NCBI GenBank assembly: GCA_964016885.1
Contig: OZ024742.1
Span: 20,026,001-20,090,000, forward strand
Reading direction: 5' to 3'
DNA: 64,000 bases
Origin: Eledone cirrhosa
Lineage: Eukaryota
The first letter of the stretch is position 1, and the number at the start of each line of letters is the position of its first letter. Below are positions 37,431 through 52,282 of this stretch, piece by piece. The notes below the pieces were generated by a model. The model worked only from the letters and a program-made list of their open reading frames with translations, had not been told where the DNA came from and searched no databases. Both the position numbers and the translations under genes were made by a program.

Positions 37431-37688
37431 GGGACTGATGGGACAATGCATGCAAATTAAAGGTGAACATATATCATCTACAGAAAGAATGTGTGCATGC
37501 GGGGTGTGGGGTGGATAAATCTTTTGTGTTATTTCTAACGGCTCTTTACGCTCTGAGTTCAAATCTCGCCGTCGTCAACTGTGTCATTCATCTTTTCGTG
37601 GGTCAATAAAATAAAGCACCAATCAAGTACTGTGGATAATTTAATTCATTTAATCCCCCCCCCCCCCCAAAACCATTTACCGAGAGAA

Positions 37689-37883
37689 CGGCGGTGGATT
37701 GGCAGAATAGTTAGAGTGTTGAATAAATATATTGTGGTATTTTACGGTTCAAATATCATCGTGGGCAACCTTGCCTTTCATCATTTCGGGGATCGATAAA
37801 ATGAAGTACCATTAATATTCTGGGGGTTAATTCAAGTTAATTCTCCACTTTCAAATTATTGTCCTTGTGCCTAATTCAGAAAT
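37689..37883 (+). mobile_element. SINE family A, diverged
   Basis: Flanks catttac(c/a)gagaga; head and tail motifs present. Confidence 0.75.
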
Positions 37884-39184
37884 CATTTACAGAGAGAGGA
37901 TGTTCAATAGGCAAGGAAAATTAATTTCCTTAATGTGTCTGAATATTCAATTTCGAAAGCCCCTCCAACAATTTAATTGAAGTTCTTAAGCAAGCTTGTT
38001 TTATTGACTAGCTTGGAAAACTCTGCTTTTGATAGTTAGGCTTAGAATATCTGCATATTTCAACCATGGATCCCGATAATATCTTCTGGTTGGTTTGGCA
38101 AACAATCATTTCTTTGTATGTGTTGTATTTTCTGCACGACACACATGTCTAATATACTTATGTTGTGCGTAGACAATGTAGGGGGAGTCTGTTCTACACC
38201 CACTTTCTTCTTAATTTGATATAGGGTACAGTTTGATCCCTAATCACTCATTTATCCACTTGATAACATTCATGTCTTATCATTTACTGAGCTCCAAAGT
38301 TCTGTTTAGAAATTCAGTTCTGAAATGGACTCGATTAAGTTCATTCAACTCGAGAATGATTAACGATATTCCAACCCACTGACTGAATTAATTAAAATGA
38401 CGTTGTTTAAAGGGATATTTAAATGTCAATTTATTATCTTTTCTTCGTGTGAAGGATTAATCTTTTCTGTGCTGGAGATTTGTATGTGGTCAATACTTTA
38501 ATCACCAACTGGGCGGTGGACTGCAAGAAACTATTTAATGACAAACTAATGACATTGTCATATTTAACTCAAATATCGCTAAAGTCGAGTTCATCCTTCA
38601 TAATTTCAAGGCCGATGAAATTAGTACCAGTTACATATTGAGACTCTTCCTCTAAAATATCTGACCTTGATCTTTATCAATAACTCCGTGAGATCCTGTC
38701 GAATCTTTCTTTCTATTTCGTTGTTTACTTCACCTTAGAAAAGACATATCAGTAAGTGTGGGTGTGAGGTCAGTGTCACAGTACCGCAGCTTATCTTCAT
38801 TAACTTCTATGTTTATAAACAAATTTCCTCCAATATCTATAATCTAAGAGAGTAATAGTCTTAGCTACACAACAATGTGCGTCTCAATAATTCAGAAATA
38901 ACCTGTTCAGTCCTGTTTCCTCTCCAGATATCGTTGGTTAATGTTTTCTTGACGAGAACATCTCTCGCCCTTTGACAGATTATTTTAATATCTTGCTTTA
39001 TGCCACCCACCCCCACCTTCACACCCCAGGCGGTCGATTTGGTAGATTTGGATATTTGCTTCTTGTTTCGGCGTTTTGTGCTCAAATCCCGCCATAGTTC
39101 ACTTTTCCTTTCATAATTTCGGAGACGATAAATAAAGTACCAGCCCAGTGATGCTGCAATCTTCTTTCACGCCAGACGTCATAT

Positions 39185-39379
39185 CTGACCTGTCAACTTT
39201 TCCCGTCCTACAGGGAGATCTCCCATCCACTTTCGGTTTTAGGAGATATGTTTTCTTTTGTGAAAATGGGTATAGTATTCAATTTGTAAAAGGACCCCAT
39301 TTTGCCTTACTTCTCCCCGTTTTGGGGCACCTTTTTTCATGGTACTCCCCATTTGAGTTTTTAGAGGTTGGCAGGCCTG
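39185..39379 (+). mobile_element. MITE family D
   Basis: ctgacctgtcaac ... gttggcaggcctg. Confidence 0.78.
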
Positions 39380-39406
39380 TGTGACATCCTAGATGTCTCG
39401 CTGGAT

Positions 39407-41487
39407 TACTACCTTCTAACAGGTAGGAGGACTGTACTTCAATGTACTACCTACTAACAGCTAGGGGGACTGTACTTCAATGTACTTCAATGTACTACCT
39501 ACTAACAGGTAGGTGGACTGTACTTCAATGTACTACCTACTAACAGCTAGGTGGACTGTACTTCAATGTACTTCAATGTACTACCTTCTAACAGCTAGGT
39601 GGACTGTACTTCAATGTACTTCAATGTACTACCTACTAACAGCTAGGGGGACTGTACTTCAATGTACTTCAATGTACTAGCTACTAACAGGTAGGTGGAC
39701 TGTACTTCAATGTACTACCTACTAACAGCTAGGGGGACTGTACTTCAATGTACTTCAATGTACTACCTACTAACAGGTAGGTGGACTGTACTTCAATGTA
39801 CTACCTACTAACAGCTAGGGGGACTGTACTTCAATGTACTTCAATGTACTACCTACTAACAGGTAGGTGGACTGTACTTCAATGTACTACCTACTAACAG
39901 CTAGATGGACTGTACTTCAATGTACTTCTATGTACTACCTACTAACAGGTAGGTGGACTGTATTTCAATGTATTTCAATGTACTACCTTCTAACAGCAAG
40001 GTGGACTGTACTTCAATGTACTTCAATGTACTACCTTCTAACAGGTAGGTGGACTGTATTTCAATGTATTTCAATGTACTACCTTCTAACAGCTAGGTGG
40101 ACTGTACTTCAATGTACTTCAATGTACTACCTTCTAACAGCTAGGTGGACTGTACTTCAATGTACTTCAATGTACTACCTACTAACAGCTAGATGGACTG
40201 TACTTCAATGTATTTCAATGTACTACCTACTAACAGGTAGGTGGACTGTACTTCAATGTACTTCAATGTACTACCTACTAACAGCTAGACGGACTGTACT
40301 ACAATGTACTTCAATGTACTACCTACTAACAGCTAGGTGGACTGTACTTCAATGTACTTCAATGTACTACCTACTAACAGCCAGGTGGACTGTACTTCAA
40401 TGTACTTCAATGTACTACCTACTAACAGCTAGGTGGACTGTACTTCAATGTACTTCAATGTACTACCTACTAACAGCTAGATGGACTGTACTTCAATGTA
40501 CTTCAATGTACTACCTACTAACAGCTAGGTGGACTGTACTTCAATGTACTTCAATGTACTACCTACTAACAGCTAGGTGGGCTGTACTTCAATCTACTTC
40601 AATGTACTACCTACTAACAGCTAGACGGACTGTACTTCAATGTACTTCAATGTACTAGCTACTAACAGCTAGGTGGACTGTACTTCAATGTACTTCAATG
40701 TACTAGCTACTAACAGCTAGGTGGACTGTACTTCAATCTACTTCAATGTACTACCTACTAACAGCTAGACGGACTGTACTTCAATGTACTTCAATGTACT
40801 AGCTACTAACAGCTAGGTGGACTGTACTTCAATGTACTTCAATGTACTACCTACTAACAGCTAGACGGACTGTACTACAATGTACTTCAATGTACTACCT
40901 ACTAACATCTAGGTGGACTGTACTTCAATGTACTACCTACTAACAGCCAAGTGGACTGTACTTCAATGTACTTCAATGTACTACCTACTAACTGCTAGGT
41001 GGACTGTACTTCAATGTACTTCAATGTACTACCTACTAACAGCTAGATGGACTGTACTTCAATGTACTTCAATGTACTACCTACTAACAGCTAGGGGGAC
41101 TGTACTTCAATGTACTTCAATGTACTACCTACTAACAGCTAGGTGGACTGTACTTCAATCTACTTCAATGTACTACCTACTAACAGCTAGACGGACTGTA
41201 CTTCAATGTACTTCAATGTACTAGCTACTAACAGCTAGGTGGACTGTACTTCAATGTACTTCAATGTACTAGCTACTAACAGCTAGGTGGACTGTACTTC
41301 AATCTACTTCAATGTACTACCTACTAACAGCTAGGCGGACTGTACTTCAATGTACTTCAATGTACTAGCTACTAACAGCTAGGTGGACTGTACTTCAATG
41401 TACTTCAATGTACTACCTACTAACAGCTAGGTGGACTGTACTTCAAGGTACTTCAATGTACTACCTACTAACAGCTAGGTGGACTGT
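39407..41487. repeat. 48-bp minisatellite with 38-bp variants
   Basis: Unit tgtacttcaa-tgtacttcaa-tgtactacctactaacagctaggtggac; the internal 10-mer occurs once or twice. Confidence 0.98.
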
Positions 41488-41511
41488 GCCTCACTTTGAT
41501 ACTTACTTTAT

Positions 41512-41646
41512 TATGTATGGCCCCGCAACTCCTGATGGAGTCGTAAAGGCGCCCTAGTCATATACTGCCAATCCACGATTTATTATATTTTAAACCTGGC
41601 GGAGACCATCAGCTCCCCAGGTCTGAATACAGCAAATTCCTTCCAT

Positions 41647-41735
<89 letters not shown>

Positions 41736-41755
41736 AACGAGAAAGAGATATATGA
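41512..41755 (-). mobile_element. SINE family B tail with an expanded (GA)n
   Basis: Reverse complement reads tacgactccatcaggagttgcggggccatacata; gctgtattcagacc motif present. Confidence 0.7.
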
Positions 41756-42074
41756 AAGTTAGCTTGGTGCAAGTAATTGGAATTGAAAAGTTATACATAC
41801 AGGTATTACATTAAAGAATTTTAACCATTCTTAAACTAAAATGCCCAGCTGAGGGCACAAATGAATTTCTCCGGCCGTCGCTGCTAGACTCCCCTACCAT
41901 CTCTCTGCAGGGGGCCCGGGGCAACTGCCTCCTTTGCCCTCCCTCCCCCATTAAATCCAGCCCTGCTTACGGATATCCCAGATTGGAAAGTGCGATGTTA
42001 TATCTGTGGATATATTTTGACCGACCACCAACTGGTTTCATTCTGAGCAGAATATTTTGCTATGCACCTCCGTC

Positions 42075-42380
42075 AATTTCGACGACGAGTGCTTCGATTG
42101 GTTAAACAACAGAACAGCTTACTCCTGAAATTAACGTGAAAATGACTGAACATTCCTGAGACAGCTGTACTCTTAACATAATTCTCAGGGATATCCAGCG
42201 TGATACATGTGTGACAAGGCTGACCCTTTGAATTACAGGAACAACTCTTTTTTATTAGTTGAGTGCACTTGAGAAACGTGAAATAAAGTGTCTTACTCAA
42301 GGACACACTGTACCGGGAATCGAACTCACAACCTTACTATGATGAGCCGAACACTTTAACCACTAAGCTACACGTCTTCA
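42075..42380 (-). mobile_element. tRNA-derived SINE family C
   Basis: Minus strand has A-box tagcttagtgg, B-box gagttcgattccc and gtgtccttgagtaagacactt. Confidence 0.8.
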
Positions 42381-42734
42381 TTGAGCAGAATTAATTACCT
42401 AATCTAATCTTTACATTCAATATCTACCTTAGGCCGATTACTTCTCTGGCATTGATTTTTTGACACCAATTACTTCCTTGAATCTCATCTGACCTTTACG
42501 GTTGCTCCATTAGCGTAGCTCATATAGTCTGATTTAATAGCCACGAACTTTTCTACTGGCCTTGTCATACCTCCTCTCATGTGAACTCAGCTGAACTCAC
42601 TTTACTCCAGTTCATGTAGTACACTGTAATGTGGCACTTAGCTTTATAAATCGGCAAACACCATCCTCTACTTCAATGTGACTGTTTTCGGTTTTATTAC
42701 TTAAACCTTCGGAGTTTGTCTTCTGCCGGCTTTA

Positions 42735-42972
42735 GTATGTATGGACCCGTAACCCTTGAAAGAGTCGTAGGGGCGGTGTATTGACATAACACATTTCTAG
42801 GATATTTTTGAAAACCTGACGAGGCCTATCTCCTCTTCAGGTCTGAATACAGCAAATATCTTTCAGAGAAGAGTAGAAGGTGAGAGAATGGAAGTGAAAA
42901 AGAGATATAGAGGAAGAATCGACCCGAGTACTAGATTGGTACATTTTTTTATCGACCTGGAATGGGTGAAAG
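42735..42972 (-). mobile_element. SINE family B, 5'-truncated
   Basis: Ends gggttacgggtccatacatac on the minus strand; includes the shared gtcgataaaa..gtacca core. Confidence 0.8.
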
Positions 42973-43265
42973 CCTGCTTTAGAATCACTATATAAACATG
43001 GGAGTTTTGTGCCTGTCTTAGAATGACTATATTAACTTGGGAGTTGATCTTCTGTTTGTCTTAGAATCACTTTTGAACATTGGAGGTAAACTTGTGACTA
43101 TGTTACAATTATTGTGTAAAACTTCGGTGGACGATGGAAAGCTGAATTATTAAGTTATCTAACAAATTGCTTTCCTGGTCACTAACACAGTTTTACTGGT
43201 TTGGAATTGTGTGAGAGACCAAGTTGAAAACGGCGAGATGAATATATTGACGCAAAGAAATACAG

Positions 43266-43510
43266 GGAGGCACGTGGCTTAGTGGTAAGGGTGTTGGATT
43301 TACAATCATAATGTGGTGGGTTCGATTCCTGGGCTGGGTTGTGTGTTGTAGTCTTGAGCAAAACACTTCATTTCACTTTTCTCCAGTAAATTCAGCTGAA
43401 AATGAGTACCAGCAATAGCTGGGGTTTTAACCCTGCGATGAACGGGTGTCCTGTCCAGGCTGGGGGTGTCTTGTACTCACAGTCGCATGACACCACGAGA
43501 CCGGGATAAG
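43266..43510 (+). mobile_element. tRNA-derived SINE with a family C head
   Basis: tggcttagtgg, ggttcgattcc, cttgagcaaaacactt. Confidence 0.75.
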
Positions 43511-43746
43511 TACCGGTCTGACCGGTACTTATCCCGGTCTGACCAACCTCCTGATTTGAGACAGACTTTAGTTAGGCAAGAAAAATATGATAAATGTAAA
43601 GTGAATTTAACAGTTTGTACTTTTAGAATAGCTAAAATGTTTTTTCTACACAGTACTTTCTTTAGTTTCAAGACCTGATATCAGATCAAGGCCCTTGTCA
43701 GACATGTATAATTCCCAAAACACCTTTCAATATATTTACATAAATA

Positions 43747-43963
43747 AAGGTGGTAGGTTGGCAGTATCAGTGGAGCGTTGGATAACATACTTTATGGCAT
43801 AGAGTTACCGCCTTTTACGATCTGAGTTCAAATCCTGCTGAGGTTAACTTTGCCTTTCATCCTTACGGGGTCGATAAACTAAAGTACCAGTAATGTACTG
43901 GGGTCGATTTAATCATCTTTCCTTTTTGCAAAAATTGTTGGCCTTGTACCTAAATCAGAAACC
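43747..43963 (+). mobile_element. SINE family A (long form)
   Basis: Flanks caatatattta(c/g)at(a/t)aat; B-box gagttcaaatcc. Confidence 0.85.
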
Positions 43964-44413
43964 AATATATTTAGATTAATTTTTATAAGGTTGCGAGTTC
44001 AAATCCCACCATAGTTAACTTAGTCTTTTGTATTCCCGGGGCCAGTTATTCAAATACCAATCAAATAGTGGCACAGATTAGCATAGTCGAATGGTTAAAC
44101 GGTTTTCTCTGCAATATTTAGGTTCCACGTTCCAATATTTAGGTTCCACGTTCGATCTCACATCGTGGCATCATGGGAAAATGTTATTTACCATAGCATG
44201 AGGGGTGATCCATGCCTTGTGAGTTAAACTGGGTAGGACAAATGAGGCCCTGTGCTAGTTAATTATTGAGACCCCTTACTTGGGCCCTGAAAGATGTAAT
44301 TCATCGTGCTTAAGAACATCTAAGCACAATGGTCAAGCCAGCACTGGGTAGACAGAAACTGTTGAGAAGCCCGTCGGATAGATTGTAACATATAATTCAA
44401 AAAGCCAGACCTG

Positions 44414-44414
<1 letters not shown>

Positions 44415-44496
<82 letters not shown>

Positions 44497-44506
44497 CGCG
44501 CACACG

Positions 44507-44583
<77 letters not shown>

Positions 44584-44978
44584 GATATTGTCATGCTAAA
44601 TCTCCCTGAGAATTACTTTAAGAGTACACATGTCTGTTTGTAGAATTAATTCCCAGTCACACTTAACTTTAATGAGCAGGCTGTTCCGTTAATCGAAAAA
44701 CTGGAGCAACTCATTGTTGACACCGACGGAGTTCCAATTGACTACATCTTCCTGTCCTCACTCTCCAAATTATTACATTTTACCAATGTTGGAAGTCATT
44801 AGCCCGAAACATTGCTTCAGTTATGTTTATATAAAAGTTATTATTTATCATGTTTTGTATATTAGTTTGTATCCAATTATAATTTGCTTGTGTAAAAACC
44901 CCAAAAAGCATATTTAGCTCATACACATGTAATACGTATATACACACAAAGATATATGCATACATGCATGCAAACACA

Positions 44979-45029
<51 letters not shown>

Positions 45030-45375
45030 AGCTGTGTGTGTATAACATACACATACAAACTTAAACACACATAGAATTAGGTACATACACACAAACACAT
45101 ATATATATAGGTATACAATCACACACAGACACACACAGACAGACATACACACAGACAGACACACACAAATACACACATCCACACACAGACACACACACAC
45201 AGATACATATAGACACAGATATAAATACACATAGACACAAACAGAAAAACACACATGCACATACACCGACACACACACCGACACACCTACCAACCTAGAC
45301 AATTACACACATACACCTACACACATACACACACACGCCTACACACCTACACACACCTACACACACACACACACC
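44415..45375. repeat. (CA)n and CA-rich low-complexity tracts
   Basis: Directly visible. Confidence 0.9.
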
Positions 45376-45507
45376 GAGAGAAGACCCTGTAAATATAAGC
45401 TATGTGATAAATCAACTGTAAAGTGGAGATATTTTAACACAGGAGATATTGCTCATATTAAACTTAATTAAAGTTTAAGGTTTAACTGATATTTTTTTTA
45501 TTAAACA

Positions 45508-48500
45508 ACCCAGACATTATCCAGCCCCTTCCAGTATAACCAGACATTAACCAGCCCCTTCCCAATATAACCAGACATTAACCAGCCCCTTCCCAATATA
45601 ACCAGACATTAACTTGCCTCTTCCCACTATAACCAGACATTATCCAGCCCCTTCCAGTATAACCAGACATTAACCAGCCCCTTCCCAATATAACCAGACA
45701 TTAACCAGCCCCTTCCCAATATAACCAGACATTAACTTGCCTCTTCCCACTATAACCAGACATTATCCAGCCCCTTCCAGTATAACCAGACATTAACCAG
45801 CCCCTTCCCAATATAACCAGACATTAACCAGCCCCTTCCCAATATAACCAGACATTAACCAGCACCTTCACAATATAACCAGACATTAACCAGCCCCTTC
45901 ACGATATAACCAGACATTAACCTGCCCCTTCCCAATATAACCAGACATTAACCTGCCCCTTCCCAATATAACCAGACATTAACCAGCCCCTTCCCAATAT
46001 AACCAGACATTAACCAGCTCCTTCCCAATATAACCAGACATTAACCAGCCCCTTCCCAGTATAACCACACATTAACCAGCCCCTTCCCAATATAACCAGA
46101 CATTAACCAGCCCCTTCCCAATATAACCAGACATTAACCTGCCCCTTCCCAATATAACCAGACATTAACCTGCCCCTTCCCAATATAACCAGACATTAAC
46201 CTGCTCCTTCCCAATATAACTAGACATTAACCTGCCCCTTCCCAATATAACCAGACATTAACCTGCTCTTTCTCAATATAACCTTACATTAACCTGCCCT
46301 TTCTCAATATAACCAGACATTAACCTGCACCTTCCCAATATAACCAGACATTAACCTGCCCCTTACAATATAACCAGATATTAACCTGCCCCTTCCCAAT
46401 ATAACCAGACATTAACCTGCCCCTTCCCAATTTAACCAGACATTAACCTGCCCTTTCTCAATATAACTACACATTAACCTGTCCCTTCCCAATATAACCA
46501 GACATTAACCTGCTCCTTCCCAATATAACTAGACATTAACCTGCCCCTTCCCAATATAACCAGACATTAACCTGCTCTTTCTCAATATAACCACACATTA
46601 ACCTGCCCTTTCTCAATATAACCAGACATTAACCTGCCCTTTCTCAATATAACTACACATTAACCTGTCCCTTCCCAATATAACCAGACATTAACCTGCC
46701 CCTTCCCAATATAACCAGACATTAACCTGCCCCTTCCCAATATAACCAGACATTAACCTGCCCCTTCCCAATATAACCAGACATTAACCTGCCCTTTCTC
46801 AATATAACCAGACATTAACCTGCCCTTTCTCAATATAACCAGACATTAACCTGCACCTTCCCAATATAACCAGACATTAACCTGCCCCTTCCCAATATAA
46901 CCAGACATTAACCTGCCCCTTCCCAATATAACCAGACATTAACCTGCCCCTTCCCAATATAACCAGACATTAACCTGCCCTTTCTCAATATAACCAGACA
47001 TTAACCTGCCCTTTCTCAATATGACCAGACATTAACCAGCCCCTTCCCAATATAACCAGACATTAACCAGCTCCTTCCCAATATAACCACACATTAACCA
47101 GCCCCTTCCCAGTATAACCACACATTAACCAGCCCCTTCCCAATATAACCAGACATTAACCAGCCCCTTACCAATATAACCAGACATTAACCACCCCCTT
47201 CCCAATATAACCAGACATTAACCAGCGCCTTACCAGTATAACCAGACATTAACCAGCCCCTTCCCAATATTACCAGACATTAACCTGCCCCTTCTCAATA
47301 TAACCAGACATTAACCATCCCCTTCCCAATATAACCAGACATTAACCAGCGCCTTACCAGTATAACCAGACATTAACCAGCCCCTTCCCAATATAACCAG
47401 ACATTAACCAGCCCCTTCCCAATATAACCAGACATTAACCAGCGCCTTACCAGTATAACCAGACAGTAACCAGCCCCTTCCCAATATTACCAGACATTAA
47501 CCTGCCCCTTCCCAATATAACCAGACATTAACCTGCCCCTTCCCAATATAACCAGACATTAACCTGTCCCTTCCCAATATAACCAGACATTAACCTGCCC
47601 TTTGTCAATAAAACCAGACATTAACTTGCCCCTTCCCAATATAACCAGACATTAACCTGCCCCTTCCCAATATAACCAGACATTAACCTGCCCTTTCTCA
47701 ATATAACCAGACATTAACCTGCCCCTTCCCAATATAACCAGACATTAACCTGCCCTTTCTCAATATAACCACACATTAACCTGCCCCTACCCAATATTAC
47801 CAGAAATTAACCTGTCCCTTCCCAATATAACCAGTCATTAACCAGCCCCTTCCCAATATAACCAGACATTAGCCTGCCCCTTCACAATATAACCAGACAT
47901 TAACCAGCCCCTTCCCAATATAACCAGACATTAACCAGCCCCTTCTCAATATAACCAGACATTAACCTGCCCTTTCTCAATATAACCAGACATTAACCTG
48001 CCCCTTCCCAATATAACCAGACATTAACCTGCCCCTTCACAATATAACCAGACATTAACCTGCCCCTTCCCAATATAACCACACATTAACCTGCCCTTTC
48101 TCAATATAACCAGACATTAACCTGCCCTTTCTCAATATAACCAGACATTAACCTGCCCCTTCCCAATATAACCAGACATTAACCTGCCCTTTCTCAATAT
48201 AACCAGACATTAACCTGCCCTTTCTCAATATAACCAGACATTAACCTGCCCCTTCCCAATATAACCACACATTAACCTGCCCTTTCTCAATATAACCAGA
48301 CATTAACCTGCCCTTTCTCAATATAACCAGACATTAACCAGCCCCTTCCCAATATAACCAGACATTAACCAGCCCCTTCTCAATATAACCAGACATTAAC
48401 CTGTCCCTTCCCAATATAACCAGACATTAACCTGCCCCTTCCCAATATAACCTAGACATTAACCTGCCCCTTCCCAATATAACCAGACATTAACCTGCCC

Positions 48501-49786
48501 CTTCCCAATATAACCAGACATTAACCTGCCCCTTCCCAATATAACCTATACATTAACCTGCCCCTTCCCAATATAACCAGACATTAACCAGCCCCTTACC
48601 AATATAACCAGACATTAACCTGCTCCTTCCCAATATAACCAGACATTAACCAGCCCCTTCCCAATATAACCAGACATTAACCTGCCCTTTCCCAATATAA
48701 CCAGACATTAACCTGCCCTTTGTCAATATAACCAGACATTAACCTGCCCCTTCTCAATATAACCAGACATTAACCTGCCCCTTCCCAATATAACCAGACA
48801 TTAACCTGCCCCTTCCCAATATAACCAGACATTAACCAGCCCCTTCCCAATATAACCAGACATTAACCTGCCCTTTTCCAATATAACCAGACATTAACCT
48901 GCCCTTTGTCAATATAACCAGACATTAACCTGCCTCTTCCCAATATAACCAGAATTAACCTGCCCCTTCCCAATATAACCATACATTAACTAGCCCCTTC
49001 CCAATATAACCAGACATTAACCTGCCCCTTCCCAATATAACCAGACATTAACCTGCCCCTTCCCTATATAACCAGACATTTACCAGCCCCTTCCCAATAT
49101 AACCAGACATTAACCTGCCCTTTCTCAATATAACCAGACATTAACCTGCCTCTTCCCAATATAACCAGACATTAACCTGCCCCTTCCCAATATAACCATA
49201 CATTAACCAGCCCCTTCCCAATATAACCAGACATTAACCTGCCCCTTCCCAATATAACCAGACATTAACCTGCCCCTTCCCAATATAACCAGACATTAAC
49301 CAGCCCCTTCCCAATATAACCAGACATTAACCTGCCCTTTCCCAATATAACCACACATTAACCAGCCCCTTCCCAATATAACCAGACATTACCCAACCCC
49401 TTCCCAATATATCCAGACATTAACCTGCCCTTTCTCAATATAACCAGACATTAACCTGCCTCTTCCCAATATAACCAGACATTAACCTGCCCTTTGTCAA
49501 TATAACCAGACATTAACCTGCCCTTTCTCAATATAACCAGACATTAACCTGCCTCTTCCCAATATAACCAGACATTAACCTGCCCTTTGTCAATATAACC
49601 AGACATTAACCTGCCCTTTCTCAATATAACCAGACATTAACCTGCCTCTTCCCAATATATCCAGACATTAACCTGCCTCTTCCCAATATAACCAGACATT
49701 AACCTGCCCCTTCCCAATATAACCAGACATTAACCAGCCCCTTCCCAATATAACCAGACATTAACCTGCCCCTTCCCAGTATAACC
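45508..49786. repeat. 31-bp satellite aaccagacattaacctgccccttcccaatat, ~138 copies
   Basis: Period of 31 bp; a 123-bp 4-mer recurs at ~45510, 45633 and 45756. Confidence 0.99.
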
Positions 49787-49909
49787 TCTCAACTTTATAC
49801 CTTTTATACTCTTTCATACTTTTCTCTACTTTCTTTCTCTCTTTCTTTTTCCCTCTACCCGTCACTCATTTTCTGTCTCTCTGTCTGTCTGATTGTCTGT
49901 CTGCATGCA

Positions 49910-50405
49910 TCTCTCCCTCTCCCTCTCTCTATCTATCTATATCCCTCTCTCTCTCTCCCTCTCCCCGTCTATATCCTTCTCTCTCCCTATCCCTCCCTCT
50001 ATTTCCCCTCTATCCATCTATATCCTTCTCTATCCCTATCCCTTCCTCTCTTTTCCCTCTCTCACTCTATCCATCTATATTCTTCTCTCTCCCTATCCCT
50101 CCCTATCTTTCCCCTCTCTCCCTCTATCCATCTATATCCTTCTCTCTCCCTATCCCTTCCTCTCTTTTCCCCCTCTCCCTCTATCCATCCATATCCTTCT
50201 CTCTCCCTATTCTTCCATCTCTCTCCCCTCTCTCCCCCTATCCATCTATATCCTTGTCTCTCCCTATCCCTTCCTCTCTTTTCCCTCTCTCCCTCTTACC
50301 ATCTATATTCTTCTTTCTCCCTATACCTCCCTATCTTTCCCCTCTCTCCCTCTATCCATCTATATCCTTCTCTCTCCCTATCCCTCCCTCCCTCTCTCTC
50401 TCTCT
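49910..50405. repeat. ~57-bp pyrimidine-rich minisatellite
   Basis: The ORF repeats every 19 aa (SPYPFLSFPSLPLSIYILL). Confidence 0.85.
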
Positions 50406-50783
50406 CTTCTTGTGTTCTATCTTTGTTCTCGTCTTTTCTTCAAAGTCACCTCCAGACGAGTTAACTCATCTGTTGACAGGCTCGTCCTTCAGTTTTCACT
50501 GACCTTTAAATCCCACCTACCCTCCACAACAACCACTCTCACACATTCCTTGGTTTTAGCTTTTGAAACCAACAAACTCCATTCATTTTATTTTAATTTA
50601 CACCCACAGATTCTTGTCTTGGAGATTTTAAAAGAAACGGAATGGAATGCCATGGATCTCCACCAGTTGCGACGATGGATATTCCAGTTGTTTTTATCAA
50701 CGAAACTGTTTGCTTTTAAAATTAAGGACTAAGTGATTGAGTATTCCATAGACATGGTGTGGTTTTAACGTAATTCGCAGGGA

Positions 50784-51190
<407 letters not shown>

Positions 51191-51464
51191 GAGACAAGGC
51201 TGGCTCTTTAGAATTACAGGTACAGTACATTGGACGGGCTTCCAAATAATTCAATCACATGACAGAGTTCGATCCGAGGTTGTGGTTAATGATATTTACA
51301 CTAGATGCCAGGCAGGGAAATCGAACCCGGAACCTAACGATTACGAAGTGAACACATTAAACATTCGGTCATGCTGTGTCCACTAAAAAGGACCAGGTGA
51401 TGCGTTGAGTCCTTCAGCAAGACACGTTATTCTTTCTGCCAAGAGTTTCAACCAGTAGATAGTA

Positions 51465-51822
51465 CAGTAGAACCTCGGCTCACGAAACCCTCATATCATG
51501 AACAAATCGGTTCACGAACAATTTTGTCCGAACATAAACGTCCCGGTTAATGAACAGTGTCTCGAGCAACAATAGTTGGCGACAAGCTGGGAATATTGGC
51601 GGGAAAGCGTCATTTGCAGTGTAATTAGTTACTATTGTGATATATATATATTTGTCTTTCACACAGTCTCTCTCTCTCTCTCCCAGTCTCTCTCTCTCTC
51701 TTTCTCTCTTTCTCTCTCTCTCTCAACATTTCGTATGGAGAAAAATAATTTTGGACGACGAACATTTCGGATGACGAACGGCCTTAAGGGATGAATTAAG
51801 TTCGTGAGCCGAGTTTCCACTG
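51465..51822. mobile_element. Tigger/pogo-like MITE
   Basis: TIR cagtagaacctcggctcacgaa / ttcgtgagccgagtttccactg; TA TSD. Confidence 0.88.
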
Positions 51823-51974
51823 TATTAGCAATGGAAAATTCCAACTGAAACATTGTTTCCTCGCTCCGATTTGACAAACCAAACCCGGACCAGCCGTCTC
51901 CCCAAAACTATATATATGTGTCTATATGTACGTGTGTGTTATATATTCATTAGTATTATCATAGAGAGAGAGTT

Positions 51975-52192
51975 GGGGCGGTGGAATGGCAGAATCGGTA
52001 GAGAGTCAGACACCATGTTTTACAGCATAGAGTTACTGTCCTTTACGGTCTGAGTTCAAATCCCGCTGAGGTTAACTTTGCCTTTCATCCTTACAGGGTC
52101 GATAAAATAAAGTACCAGTCACTCACTGGGGTTGATTTAATCGACTTTCCTCTCTGCTCAAAATTGCTGGCCTTGTGCCTATATAAGAAACC
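51975..52192 (+). mobile_element. SINE family A (long form)
   Basis: TSD attatca(t/c)agagag(a/g)gagt at 51955-51973 and 52193-52211. Confidence 0.9.
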
Positions 52193-52282
52193 ATTATCAC
52201 AGAGAGGGAGTAGAAACGGTGAAGTGACGGCGACAATGTCTTGCGATAGATATTAACGTCTCTTTAGATTCTATGGTGTAAA

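Noticed and set aside
37890-38500. Possible host exon or old LINE ORF1 (also 24040-24420, 42400-42720)
   Set aside because: Many stops and no diagnostic motif that I can support.
39867-41224. Repeat-protein ORFs (WTVLQCTSMYYLLTAR)n
   Set aside because: The 48-bp unit is a multiple of 3, and variants introduce stops and frameshifts freely.
31550-41965. cagggttggatt / aatccagccctg as TIRs of one 10-kb element
   Set aside because: No matching TSD.
42810-42855. Hammerhead-like ctgacga...gaa in the SINE-B tail
   Set aside because: No GAAA core, and the motif is not conserved in the copies at 19660, 37350 and 41594.
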